Source: Amphiscolops sp. MND2022 (Eukaryota). From it: a stretch of 64,000 nt of DNA. The position numbers were made by a program, and so were the translations under genes. Location of the stretch: the NCBI GenBank assembly GCA_964187785.1, contig OZ076409.1, positions 82,400,001 to 82,464,000 of the forward strand. Reading direction: 5' to 3'. The notes beneath the pieces were generated by a model. It was not told the origin of the DNA, made no database searches, and saw nothing but the letters and a program-made list of their open reading frames with translations. This document shows positions 37,929 through 51,579 of this stretch, piece by piece (within the stretch, counting starts at the first letter, position 1; each line of letters begins with the position of its first letter).

Positions 37929-39329
37929 CTTGGTCCAAAGATTGAGTTTTAGAATGAGCTTTGAGTTTTAGTAAGATCTAGGCGACTGGTTTTCGAACTT
38001 ATCAGTATCACACTGTGATTCTCCTCTTCAAGCTTTCTTCGATTTCCCAATTCCCGCGGAAAAATCGAGTGTCATTGTTGCGTGGGTTTACCGAACCCCA
38101 TATAAGGGCAAGGTGTCTCTCTTCTGATATTCAGGCGGCAACACCTTTGAATTTCCACTCGTAAAAGCAAATAAACAAAATGATTTGGGGTTATTCATCA
38201 CCTCCATGAATTGACAATTTCCTTTTATTCTTCTTAATCTTACTTCAACGTTTTTAACTCGACGTAAACAAATCTGTTCTAATTCAGATTCATACACAAT
38301 ATGAATGGATCATCGATTGCATGTAACTTTATTTAAGAAAATATGAATGGGAGATCTTTATAAATATACTTTACATGACTAATTCAACTAATTTCTAAAA
38401 AAAACACACACCTTGCAATCAGATTATTGTTTTTCAAAGAATCATCTTGTGAAGAAATACACATATCATAGGATAATGCATGTTTGTTCATCGTTGTATC
38501 TGTGTGCCAGAGTCTCTTAAGGGAACATATAACTCCATTGTGATGTATCTCTCTATATTGATGCAAACTGCTATATAGCTTACTTCTTGTATAGTTGTTA
38601 GCTGTAGCTTCCTTACGCACATCGCAGCTAGCCTAATACTGTGTGTTCGTATTCACTAAGCCTGTCCATCGCTGCACATGTGCTGTGTTACAATCCGCAT
38701 GTATCCGCATGCTCGTCTTCTCTCAATGCGTATGATGACGCATATTCTTTTCATTGAATTCCGCATGATGCCGCATTTTTTTTCATTGAATTCCGCATGA
38801 TGCCGCATATTCGTAATCGCTCGATGCGTACCATGCCGCATATTCTCTTCAACAATTTCCGTATGATGCCGCATACTCGTTTTCCTTTTATACGCATGTT
38901 ACCGTGTATTGTACATGCGTGATTCAGAAATGAGTATGCTTTGTACTATAGCGTGCTGAATAAGTTTGAAAGTTGTCAATCAACCAGTCAATCACTCTGG
39001 CAGAAGTAAACTGAATGATTAATTGACCAATCAGCGTTCAGCTCAAATGTGTACATTTTTGCCAAATTAAAGTTCATTTGCTTTTTGCCTTTTGTTTGAT
39101 ACGCCACGTCTTTACTCCATTGATATTGCTAAATTTCTGTCATATCGTACATTGTCTAGTCTACAGTTTTAGTCCATTATAAGTCTAGTTATTCAACCTC
39201 TTTTCCAGTACTCAGTCAGTCTTTAATCACTTGTTGGACTTTTATTTAAACACATTCTTCATTAGTCCTTGGACTTTACATCTTCTTCGCCAGCTATTCC
39301 TTGCGGTGACATTTATCTGACTCTCCCCA

Positions 39330-42300
39330 ATGGATTCACAAAGATCACGGAAATCCAGAAAGGATCAGATATCCCGGAAACAGCAATCGGCTTGGGGCTA
39401 CAAATCTCCTACTTCTGTGTCGCCACGTAAGTTCAAATTTTTAGTTTCTTCTGAGATCCATTGTTGCTGATTTGTTTTCCGATCGGTAAAATTTTAATCA
39501 TCAGCTGGCCAGGCTGATGTTTTGAATAAGCTACTCTTGTATAGTATGCTTTTGATTCAGATTTTCTTACGGAAGTCAGTCAAATTTGTTCAGCTACTTC
39601 CGCCCAATTTATGTTTTCTAAAACCGCGTCCGGATTAGAAAATTCTTGAGTAGAGAGCTGAGTTCAGTTTTGTTTTCTCCCTTGGTGAGATTTGTCAAAT
39701 TTATTTGTTTTAGTTGAACTTGGGGCTACAGAAAAATCACCAGGTCGTTCCCCTACCAAGATTTATACTCCCTTGGAGGTCATTCCACCAGGACAGCCTA
39801 CTGTTCCAAGCCCCACCGCGAATCCAGAGCATATTTCTGTTATCACCATTGGTAGCTCCACTATTGCATCGGACAGTGCGGCAGTTGAATTAGAAGAACC
39901 CCAAGGAGAAACTGTTGTTGATACAGTTGAGGATACAATTGATCCAGATGGTATCGTCCATAGTCCGGCTCAAGTTAACTTTGATTTATTGGATTCGACC
40001 ATTATTCCTGAAGATTTAGAAACTTCTAAAGAAGAGGATACTCCACATTTAGCCTCCATCCACGAAAATCTGGTAGAACCACTTTTATCTGGAGTTAATG
40101 CTATGACCATGGATACTTCTCCTGAGGTTATTACTGATCCGAATGTAGGGACTAGTGTTCCTTTACCCAAACAGCAGGCTAGCACATCTCTGTTCACTCA
40201 ATTCTTGTTACCTTCTCCAACTGCCCGGGTTGAACAACTTGATCTAGATCCAGAAAAACATAATGCCTCTCTTAACAAAAGTAACGACAAAGCTTATGAG
40301 GTACCCACTGATTCCGAAACCACTGAAGTTCACAGACCTAACGTTCAGAGTGTCAACAATACACGAAATGAGCTGGTGGCCATAACAAACGTTATCGAAA
40401 AACTCTCACAATCTTACATCGGTGGGACTGAAACTGAAAACGATCAGGGGATATCTTTCTCGGTCGTTGAAGACACACTTCAAGAGCCCCCCAGAGGTAA
40501 TCCAGAGGAAGATCAGCATGCAACTAATAGTGGGCCTAACATATCCCATTCAGAACAAGAACTCGATGAAGCACCGGTTATTTGCAACAAACGACCGAGG
40601 CCTCGCTATTCACCTAAAGGGTCTATGCTTCGCAAGCACCCTGTCCTAAAGTTTTCCGCTACTGGACCAGTCAATCGAGACAAGACGCCTTACAAATGGA
40701 GTTGCCGTGTGTGCCGAATTGAACTCTCCCTTATGAGCCGAGGAGTGTTAGAGTTAATGGCTCATTATAAAACCGAATCACACCTGGTTAGGGAACATCG
40801 AATTAGGATGGAAACCCCGGGCATGGCACTATACGATTAAGACGAGTGTGAACTACAGGGTCTAGCTCTAGCAGGAGCGACGAAAATCGCTAGGGATACA
40901 TATCCTATCGCCCCCAATTGGACTGTTATCGCCTATTGGTAGGACAAGACTCACTGCCACATTTCGGAACAGACAAGAGTCCCACTGAAACAGTTTCCTC
41001 ACAGATCTGTATCATCGAGATCGGGTTGCGCAGAGGGGGCGACATTTCCTGCGTGACTGACATTTATGACGAAATCAACCGATTTTCAAGCGGGGAAGGA
41101 CAAGCAATCACCTTCAATTGGAGTCCGTACCGCATATTTGTAAGTGATCTCAATTTTCATCAATCCCACAATACTACTCACAATACTACTTCAGGTATTT
41201 GAAATTCATGTGACCAGAAGTTTTTGAGTAATCATGATATCATATTCAATCGTTACCAAGTCCGAACGTAGTTTTTTTTCAGGGAATCATCACTCACATG
41301 TTCAGGGAATTGCTCAACTATTGCGTGACCAACGTAAATGCTAGTGAGTCTATTCTCTGTCCCTGATGAGCCATCCCACCGAGAACACCTTATATCTCAG
41401 TTTCTGGTCAGGAAATGTCCTGCATCGGGTATGCATTGGAACTGGACCAAGAGGAATCCTGATTTATCGCAAGATCTTATCTCTTGTTGCTTCATTCATT
41501 AGTTTATTTGAGACAGCGCCCCCATGTATCAGCCTCATTGGGTTAGGAGAGCGGCTCAGCCATTGTCTCTCAACGACTTTACCTGGGCATCCTCGGCATA
41601 TAATCATCAACAACTTTGGCGAAGACGAATTCGAGAGGTGTCTCGCATTACCAACTGCCAAAATTATCGAGAGACACGATTTCAGAAGTATCCTCGATTA
41701 CCTCCTGCTGAAATTGAGTACGGCCCTAGATAAAGACTGGTTGCAATCACTACCTCAATTGCACAAGGTATTATATCGTCAATTTCGTTTTCCTGATGTC
41801 TTCGTTTCTTTGTGTTTACTTCAGTTTGTTTCCAGTGTGTGATCAGTTTGCAGTACTCCCTCGAAGAAGCTTCTAGCCTGATTGAGACTCTCTCACAGAA
41901 CTGGGATCGCGTCCGAGACCACCTTGAGCAGGTTGCCAGACTCCCATCATATCGCTTCCACATGAGAGAGGTATATATTTTTGAAAATGTTTCATGTGGC
42001 TATACATTTGCTCATATTGAAAAAACCTTTTTCTTTCAGCCAAATACGTTGGATGGGTGTTTTCGGCTGGACACGGCCTATCTGGCCCGATTGTTCATCA
42101 TACGTTGTGTCATCGACCATTGTTAGTATTTTTCACGAATACTTGTGTCAGAATAATATTTCTGAGTCAAAAATATCCCGAAACGAAAGTTTTAGTCGTT
42201 CATGAATTTATTCCTTCACTTGTAATTTCCGCGAAGTCAATAGTATTACCTTTTGTAGATAGTATCTTCGTTAAGTACATCTTTATCATTGATGGAATAT

Positions 42301-43851
42301 ACAACGTTTTACTCGTTTCACTCTTTCACCAATAGGATAAGCGGCTTCCAAAATATCAATTTCCGCATTTTCACGTATGGCTGTAGCTTGTGATTCAGCA
42401 TAGTAACGTATAGTGACTGTTTGTAATTCCGCATAGTGACGCATAGTGACCATTTGCAATTCCGCATAGTGACGCATAGTGACTGTTTGCAATTCCGCAT
42501 AGTGACGCATGGTGACTGTTTGCAATTCCGCATAGTGACGCATGGTGACTGTTTGCAATTCCGCATAGTGACGCATGGTGACTGTTTGCAAGTCCGCATA
42601 GTAACGCATGGTCTTCATTTTATTTCCGCATGATGACGCATATGCGGCATACGGAAAAACGTATGATAACGTAGGTTCTCGGTTACTCTTCAGAAATTAT
42701 CTTCTTTTGTATTTGATCTCAATCTTGTTGATCTATTTTCAGACAATTCCGCATTCTCTGAAGTGCACAATCAGGTCGACAACGGGTTCCGACTTTACAA
42801 CCAATTCTCAGTCTTTGTGTATAGTCAATTACAGAATCTGTTTCCTGACAGTTTCCTTGGCGACATAACACACTGGGATAATTATCTAAAAATTGATCTC
42901 TCTGTGGCTAATTTGCCTTTCAAAACCCCTGCGGAATTTGTCCTAGGAGCTGATTACCAGGCTCGCATTGTTACCAGCCGATTACCACGACCTAGTAAAT
43001 TTGTAGAGCAGACGATGTCCTTCTGCAAAGCCTTCTGTGGTGTACTGCTCAATCACGAAGTAATTAAGTCTGATCTCTTGCGAGGACTCTCATCATTCGA
43101 TCATGCTGTTTTACTTGATGGACCAGAGGAGAACTATGTCTCTGCTGTCGAAACTCTGACAAGTTATTTTGTTTCTTGTGGATGGATGACCGCTAGCAAT
43201 AAGGTTAAAGCTGTGAGCCAATACCGATCATTCGCTATAAAACTTCGTGCTGAAAGTGGAATTATCAGATCTGATTGGGTTCAATTCCTCATTTCTCATT
43301 ATGAAATGCAGAGTTGTCCTGAGTTGCTTCAATTATTTAGAAATGCGTGTCTATGCCTGCCGCCTGTTGTCATCGAACCTCCTAAGTTTCACGTCTCTAT
43401 TCCTGGCTTGGAATCAGATGATCATTCTTTCCGTTCCGTAGTGAGGAGTCTGCAATTGTCTTATGTCACAGTTCCCAACGTTTCCAGCTTATACAGGAGT
43501 CCGAAAACTATCAGTCGCGTGTTCCGATTACTTGGACGAGGACCTAGTTTAATTCGCGATAGGAAATTTTCGGTGTGGAATTTCCTCAAGGGGAGTGAAG
43601 TTCGTCGCAGTGCTGTATTCGGAAAATTGGAGATATCCTACAAGAAGTCCGTGCTCCGAGGGGAAGGTTTGCCTTTATTTCTGGACATGACGTCGCCTAG
43701 TGAGAGTAGAACTCACAGTTCCAGTAGTTCCCCCGTAACAGGGCCTTCTTTGGGGCGTGTTTCTGTTACCGTTTCCCGCTGTTCGGAAGAAGGAGTGGGA
43801 AGAAGTGCTGCTAAGAGCAAATCTAAGGCGTCCAAGGAAAAGAAGAACTAA
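39330..43851 (+). pseudogene. Antisense multi-exon accessory gene of element B, homolog of 5217-9275
   Basis: Exons 39330-39426, 39714-41139, 41283-41767, 41836-41970, 42040-42121 and 42743-43851, all GT-AG. Contains CRVCRIEL...HYKTESH; stop at 40838 and frameshifts near 40910 and 41350. Confidence 0.8.
42380..42610. repeat. 33-bp minisatellite (~7 units) in the last intron of the element B antisense gene
   Basis: Unit GTGACTGTTTGCAATTCCGCATAGTGACGCAT(A/G). Confidence 0.93.
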
Positions 43852-44052
43852 TTTTTTAACATAGTTTGTTATTTAATCGTACGTTTCATGTATTCTTGTT
43901 GCATACTTTGTGTTTTGTTTATTTATACATATGTTGGTTCAATTGTATCAAAGGAGCAGTATTTATTTGATGATGCTAAGACATCAATGATGATGCTAAG
44001 ACATCAAAGCTCCAGAAAAGAGATTGAACAAAAGTCTGATTGTCAGTGTTTT

Positions 44053-47000
44053 TTAGTATCTATACGAGTCTGAGTAATTGGGGTTAGGATTTGGGCGTAA
44101 GTTGTATTTTTCGCCACGAGTATTTATGGGTTCTTCTTGCAATGGGGTATTTTGTGAATTTTCTGGGGATTTTTGTGTGTTTTTCGGAACATTTTGGGTA
44201 TTTTCTGGGGTTTTTATTTCAGTTGTATTGTTTTTATTTTTATGGGTTTCTTCTATAATTGGAGTATCATCAGGAATTTCTTGTGGGGTTATATTTCTAT
44301 TCTCCACTTCTGGAGCAGTGGTTTGTTCCACTGGGCTCCCCCCGCTGTTTTTTGAAGAATTCGGGGAGGGAGGGCGGTTTTGCTCAGGTATTTCAATTGG
44401 AACGTATTCTATATTGTCTGTATTGAGTGTAGATTCATGAGGGCTTTCCTCAAATGGATTGGGGCCAAAGTTCGTATTCCACGATTGGGCTTATAGATCG
44501 TCATGTGAGACTATTATCTGGTCATCTTTTTGCCAGTCCGTTTCACGAACGAAGATGTCTGCTAGGGGTGCTTGCGGCGTAAATTTTCGTAGGCGAATTC
44601 TGTGTAATAACTGAGTTTCATTGGTGCCGAGTCTTCTGACTATATAATTGTTGTTAGGGAGAACTTTTTCGACTTTATAAGGACCGCACCATCTGAATTC
44701 ACGGAACGGAATCTTAGTCGTTTGGGTGTCTGCTTTTGGGTTTAGAATGTAGCAGTAATCCGTAGTCTCCAGCGGGGCTGCTTTTGCTTTTCTATCGTAG
44801 TAGGCTTTGTATCTAAGATAGGACTGCATGATATTTTTCTTAGTTTGGTCTAGGAGAATCTGCATACGGCGTTGTACTTCTTCAGCGATATCAGTTTGCC
44901 GTTGATATCGAGGATTTGGGTTGTAATCAAGTTTATAATCAAGAATATTATGAGGTATACGTCCGTGAAACACTCTTGAAGGTTCACAACCAAGTGATGC
45001 ATGGTATGTCGTGTTGTGATTAAGGACTGCCAGTGGAAGGTATTTATGCCAGTTATTCCTAAACTCGCCTGTGGCGGCTTTTAGGTGTGTTTTGACTGAG
45101 GCATGAGTTCGTTCAAGGAGACCTATTGTTTGTGCATGCTTCATGGTAGCGTGTTTTAATTCAATTCCAAGCACACCAGCGATTTCATGTGTTACATGAG
45201 CATTGAATTGGGTTCCTAAGTCTGTTATAATGGTTGTTGGGAGGTAGGTGTGTTTACATAGAATGTCCATAATGACTTTCGAGACCGCTGTTGCATTAAT
45301 ACGGGTTGCTGGATATGCAAACAGGTATCTCGAGAAGACGTCTATTGCTGTTATAATATGGTCATAGCCACCACTTGTAGGAAGGTTCGGTAGGATGTCC
45401 ATTTTCAGAATGTCCTCTGGCCCTAAATCCCATTCTGGGCAATTTAGGAGTTCGGTTCGGAGAAGGTCATTGTTAATGCGCTTATTTTGGATGCAAGTTT
45501 GGCAGTTTGTTACCCATTTTTTAATGTATTTGGCTATACAGGGGTAATAATATTTTTGTCGAGATTCCTGAATCATTTTTGTGATTCCTGGGTGGTTAGA
45601 ATTGTGACCATGTAGGGCGTGGAGGAATTCTTCCAGGAGCTGTTTCGGGAGTAGAATTTGGTAGTGTGATATTATTCCTGTATCCGTATAGTATCTACGG
45701 GTAAGGACTTCTTGTTTTATCTCGATTCTGGTGATGTTCTGGAGGTAATGTTGGTATCGGTGATCCGATGCTAATTCGTTTTCGTCGAAGGGGTTACCTT
45801 CGAGTTTAGTTCGTAGGTTTCTGAGGACAACATCATTATTTTGTTCAAGTCAAATACGAGCGTTGTCTTTGAAGTGTCCTGATGAACAGGAGATTAGGCC
45901 GGAAGTGGGTTTGTGGAATTGTTGAAGTTCATTAACGTCATTTTCGGGTTCATTATGTGTTTCATTTTGTGCTTGTTCACGTACGTTGTGTTTCTCTTGC
46001 CATAATTGAGTTTCGTCAACCTCATCATCTGGAAGTATGTAGATTTGTTCTTCGTCTACGATACCTGAGGATTGAATGTTGACTTCTATGGCTTTTGTGT
46101 GGATATCATTGCGAAGAGTCATCTCAAGCTTCTCTGTGGGGTTGACTTCGGTTCTTGAGAGGAAATCAGCCGCAGTCTTCATTGATCCAGCGACATGGGC
46201 AATAACAAAATTGTATTGTAGCACGTAATCACAAGCGTTCCAGAGGGCTGGATGAATTAATTTTGCTTGAAAAAATCGGGTTACCGATCTGTTATCAGTA
46301 AAGACGATGACTGGGAAAGTAGATCCCCACATCAAGTGTCCAAATTCAACGAACGCAAATTATATTGAAAGAAATTCTTTTGCGTAAATTGACATCTTGG
46401 TTTGTGTCGTGTTGAAGGTTTTTGACCCGAAGGCTATTGGTGCATATGTTTTACGTTTTGATTGTAGTTCTCGGATTGGGTCATCTTCTATCATGATTGC
46501 ATATCCGGCTGCTGTAAAGCTTGCGTCAGACATTACTATTAATTGTTTGTCTTTGAGTGGCTGTTTTAACGCTAATCGGCAGGAATTTTCCAAGAGTTTA
46601 TTGAGGTTGAAGAAATATTCTACCAGATTTGTTGGTACATAGAATTTAGATGTTTCTTTGAGAAGTTTGAAGAACGGAGCAAGCCGTTCCGACAGGCGAG
46701 GTATGTAGTTCCTGTAGTTGTTTAAGAATCCAATATACCTTTGTAGCGCCTTTTGGATTTAGGGAATCGGAGTTTTGAGATAAAATCTTTCACTTTGTTC
46801 GCTTGCGGGGACACTCCTTCGGGTGTGATTGTTCGTCCCAGAAAGTCGACTTGTTTAACTCCGAAATGGCATTTGGACATGGAGAGTTTCAGACCGGCGT
46901 TTCGGATGCATTCGAAGACAGTTTTGATTTTGGTGCACAGTTGTTTTGTGTCATTTGCTGCTATGCCAATATCGTCGACGTATTGGGCACATTGATTTGC

Positions 47001-48955
47001 TTTGATTGCTCTGTCCAGATATTCTCTCATGAAGCTGGAAAATGCAGAGAGAGATCTGCTGAGCCCCTGGGCTAGACGGCGATAAGCAAATGTTCTGCTA
47101 GCAAAATTAAAGGCAAACATTTGGATTGATTGGTAATCTGCCATTTGGAGGCAGTGGTAAGCCTGGGAGCAATCCAATTTGCAGAAAAGTTTTTTCCCCG
47201 CCATATGTTGGGCTGCATCTGATAAGGTGCTTACCGGGTGGTTATTGTTTGCATAATCTTCAGTGATGAGATTATTGATTTTTCTGAGGTCCACAAGGAG
47301 TCGGAGGCGCCCATTCGGTTTGCGTTGTGCAAAAATTGGGCTGGCGTATTTGGAAAATGGTAAAGTTGTAATTATACCATATTTGTGGAGAAGTGCAAGT
47401 TCTACTGTGAAATCTTCTTTCAAGTTTTTTGGAGTTGGCAGACTTTGGCTGTATGCTGGTCTGTCATCATTTGGTGTTAGTTTTACCTTGAACTCACGAT
47501 ATATACCTATATCAAAACGGTGTCTGGCGAAAATATCGTGAAATTCGACGAGAATCTCTTCAATTTCCTGACGTTCGACTGGGCTGATGGTGGTGTCGGA
47601 CCAGTCGAAGTTTGAGAGGAATGTTTTCCTGGATGATTCGTTATCGTGTGGGTTCAGTTTTTCAAGTTCTTTTTTTTGAAGAAGTTCATTGTAGATACGT
47701 TGTTGTATGGGGGTATAAGATGCGGGATCGCCTGGATCTTCCGGAGTAGGAAACCAGTACGATTCTTGTTCAGGGTTTGGTTGTGGTATTTTTAGAAGTT
47801 CAATTATGTATACATCCGTGGTTTCCTCATGTTGTATCATGAAGGATAGCATCGCGGGGTCAACAGGCTGTATGTGTTTGATTTGTTCGGGAGTGAGAAT
47901 TTTGAAATCAGCTAAATGGGTATCGATAGTTATTGTGTAGGGTAATTCAGAAAAGTTGATAATTTGGTACCCAATAGCGTTATTGTTGACTGTGCTAAGT
48001 GACGCTGTGATGAAAATGCTATCATGGTTTTCAAATTGAGGTGATGGAGTGACGATTCCTGTTGCGTCATGGTCCATCAAATGTGGCATTTTGCTTGCTA
48101 TGGCGAGTGTTTCGCCTGGTTGTAGAGTCTAGTTATTTTCAGCAAACAATGGTGTTGCTTGCCGGATGGATGTCTGGGTGTCAGGTTTGAGTTGCATTGA
48201 GAGATAGGGGAAGGTTAGGATGCCTTGTGTGACATCAAAAATTCCGTTGTTTCTGCGAAGGAAACACAGTCCGATTAGCGGGTTTGGCAGGTTTTTCATG
48301 ATTATGAAATTTTCTTTTAACAAGAAATCAGCCACTTCAAATTCTAAGAAAACGGTACCAATGGGGACTTCTAATTGGCCGTTTGCCACCATGATTTGGA
48401 AGTTTGGTGGGGGACCGGTTTCTTTGATTGCTTCGCTAGCGAGCAATTTAATTTTGTTGAGGTCTTGTTCAGATATGGCACTTGTGAGAGCTCCGGTATC
48501 AATAAGACCATCAAGTGTGAGTTTTTCGAAATTCATTGGTATGTAGTACTTGTGGCGTTTTCTTTTCAGTGTTAAAGAGGTGGAAATTGGTAAATACGAC
48601 AGGTTGCGTTCTTGTATATGTTCGGTGAGGTCTTCATCCAGAAAGGGTTGTTTTTGGTCATCGCAAGAAATTTTATGGTGACATGATTTTTAATGGGTGA
48701 ATCATGGTGAGTTTCCGGGTTTGAGTCGTTTTCAGTGTTAGTTGGTGGTTTAACAAAGTAGTTGTCTGGTGCATCACGGAGAAGTTCGTATGTGACTTCA
48801 GGTTGAGTTTCTTGTGTTGAGAGTTGAAAGTTTTGTGTTGTTTGGTAAGATTCATGTGTTATGTTTTTTGTAGGTTTTGGGTTCGGCTGATGCTGCCAGT
48901 CATCAGCGGAGTTGATTTTGTGTGGTGATTTTATGTAAGGGCGTGGCGTTTCTAG
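44053..48955 (-). pseudogene. pol: Pol of element B (PR, RT, RNase H, integrase), multiple disablements
   Basis: LIDTGA, AQYVDDI, MSDAS, ITDLGTQF...IGLLER, WCGPY; C-terminus YNLRPNPNPN. Confidence 0.95.
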
Positions 48956-50626
48956 TTTAAATCCTGTGACGAAAATTGTTGGTGTTTTTCTGATTTAGGT
49001 CTGATTGGTTTTTTTGCTTGTTTGTATGCTTCTATGATTTTTTTTGTGCGTCTGTGAGGGTCCATTTTGGTGGACGGTTTTCCATATTGACACCAAAATA
49101 ACAGCTTTCTTCGTCATGTCCTGGTGTTTTACAATTATGACATTTTTCAGCGTCTGGATCTTCCTCAAGTTTACGCCGTTTGGCTAGTTTAGGACAGTCG
49201 TTCATCATGTGACCTGTCTCTTTACAGTAACGGCATTGATCATTCTTGAGGGTTTTATCGGGTACTGTTTTTGCGGTTTGTTTTTAGCCTTTTCATTTTG
49301 TTTTTTGTTGGTTTTCTCATTGTTCTCTTCCTTTTTAGTAGCGGTCATTTGGGTTTTGACGAGGGGTTCATCTGCCTCTAGACCGTTAAGTTCCATTTCT
49401 CGTTCAAGATGTTTAACTATTTGATCATAAGTACCATTTTCTAGATAAGCTTGATTGATGGATTTTTAAGGTGGGGAGGCATCTTTGCGTAGAGCAGATT
49501 CTCTATCATTTGATGTGCGTTTTCCCAAAATGCTTTCTCTGCACTTTCCTGGAGTTCTTCGAGGAAGTCAGGAAGTTTTTGGTTCTCGGGTTGAAACGAG
49601 AGTCTATGAAATCTGTGTTTTGCTGATGCACTAGACTCCGGTTTTACATATTTCCTGCGGAACACCTTCAAGATGTCTTCCAGTGTTGTATTGGGGGTTC
49701 TTTGTATGTTTTTGAATGTTTTGAGTGCCAGACCTCTGAGGTGTGCATGGAAATGATTGATCTTCATCTCCTCAGTGAGGTTGGGTTGCATGCGAAGAGT
49801 TGTATGAAATAGATCTTCAAAGTACTCAAATTGTTCATTTTTCTCATTTTTGCCATTAAACGTGAGTGTATTTTTTGGATGAAAGAGTGATTGTGGAGTG
49901 TTTTTGTTGGCTAATTTCTCTATTGCAAGTGCAATTTGATTGACTGGGTCAAATGGATTTGTAGTCGATGTTGATGTGTTTTGGTCTGCGCGGGATCCTA
50001 GAGTGTCGTTTAACTTTTGAGAACTTTGCCTATGGAGTTGTCGGTTGGCTCCTGTCACCATGTGATAATCCTCTTCTATATCGGACTCTTCATCTGAATG
50101 TATAGTCTATATCAGACTCGCTCCGAAACAAAGGTTTCGCAGGATGTTTTAACTCCGTCATTTTGGACGCTCTAATAGGATTATCCTCATCTTCAGGTTC
50201 AGAATTTTCTATGTTGGATGCATGAACTCCTATAGGTTCTTTACTCCTGGATCCTGACGATCGCATATCCTCTGTTTCGTTAACTTGTGACCTGGGGTTT
50301 GTTACTGTAGATTGGCTCCTGTTTGATTTTATCTCTTTCAGAATAGTATCTAGTTTATTCTCCATTTCTTCTCTCATTTTTTCTATCCTATCATTGTTTT
50401 TCCGTTCGAAAATCTCAGTCCAAGCTTGTATTTCAGAACTAGTTTGGCTTGGTTCAACAAGTTGATTTCCCAGGTTAAGCCCACCTAAATTCTCATCAAC
50501 ATTTGAGTTAGAATTAGTTAAAGTCATATTACCTGTCTCTGGAAAATCAACTCGAGTCCTATTCCCTTCTCTTTCAGGAGACGGGGTTTCTAGTCTTCTC
50601 GATCTTCTATTTCTCTTGTTTCCCAT
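48952..50626 (-). pseudogene. gag: Gag of element B (starts in the 5' LTR; frameshifted)
   Basis: TFNGKNEKNEQFEYFEDLF...KINHFHAHLRG...YAKMPPHLK is homologous to A gag; knuckle CRYCKETGHMMNDC; ends with T TTA AAC TAG. Confidence 0.9.
50046..50060 (-). promoter_or_regulatory. Primer binding site of element B (TGGTGACAGGAGCCA)
   Basis: Flush with the 5' LTR; same core as in A and C. Confidence 0.85.
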
Positions 50627-51579
50627 CTTTGCTCAATCAAAACGGTCAGGTTTATTGGGGAAGAATTTGAATTAGAATCCAAATTGAAAAGCAATCCAAA
50701 GTCAGAAAAACAAATCAGGAAGTGTTTTAAAGGGTTCAGTGAACTGGGTCAACTGCACTTTGAGAAGGTTATTTTTCACCTGAGTCTCTATTACAAACCT
50801 TTTCTTCAATCAAAAAATAAAAGGATGACAAGCACTTTTTCTAAACATCATTGGGTCCTGGAATCATAAAAATAGAATGACATCAACATTACTTCATCCT
50901 ATATATAGCTTTCCAATAGTCACGGAATTATGACTACAAAGCTTAAAGACCCTAGGAAAATGCTGCAAAATGATATATTAGGTGCTACAAACACTGTTCA
51001 AATGATGCATAGATACATGACATTCAAAAGTTCCCATTTTGGTTGAAAACCGTATAATGCCGCATATACACATCACCTAATACCGTATGTTAACGTATAA
51101 CTAAGCCTATTCAAAATGCATGATGATGAATAGTGATAATAGTAAAAAGCGTATGTTACCGCATGAACGACAAATCTAAAACTGCATGTTGCCGCATATG
51201 CTGAATACCTTTTTGCGCATAATGCCGCATGATGTACATTGTAAAAATGCTTCTTACCGCTTATCAGATGTTCAAAATACCGTATCATGATGTATGATAA
51301 TTTGGATGATGGTAGACTTAATCAATCTTATGCAACAATTCAGCACGTGCCTTATTATTTGATGGGTTTAATGCAATCAAAGAAGCACCTTAAGGACTGC
51401 AATCGAACCCTTAAATAAATTTAAGAGACAAGGCAAACAAATAACTTACATGACTTCATCAAAAGAGATTGTTTAGAAATGAGTCTTTAGGAGTTTTGAA
51501 ATGTTTGTATCAAGGGTCTCATCACTCGTTCCTCTTTACTGCTGCACCACGGAACCATCACATCTAGCTGGATGTGACA
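50061..51579 (-). repeat. 5' LTR of element B (1519 bp)
   Basis: Near-identical to 35425-36948, with a 5-bp deletion near 50105. Confidence 0.96.

Larger units (their letters stand above)
35425..51579 (-). mobile_element. Full-length Ty3/Gypsy LTR retrotransposon (element B) with accessory genes
   Basis: LTRs 35425-36948 and 50061-51579 (TGTGA...TGACA); TSD CTCAC at 35420-35424 and 51580-51584; gag-PR-RT-RH-IN on the minus strand. Confidence 0.97.

Noticed and set aside
42286..42633. Repeat-protein ORFs (MRHYAELQTVT)n or a CRISPR-like array
   Set aside because: Contiguous 33-bp minisatellite without spacers, located in a predicted intron; the open frames follow from the unit length.
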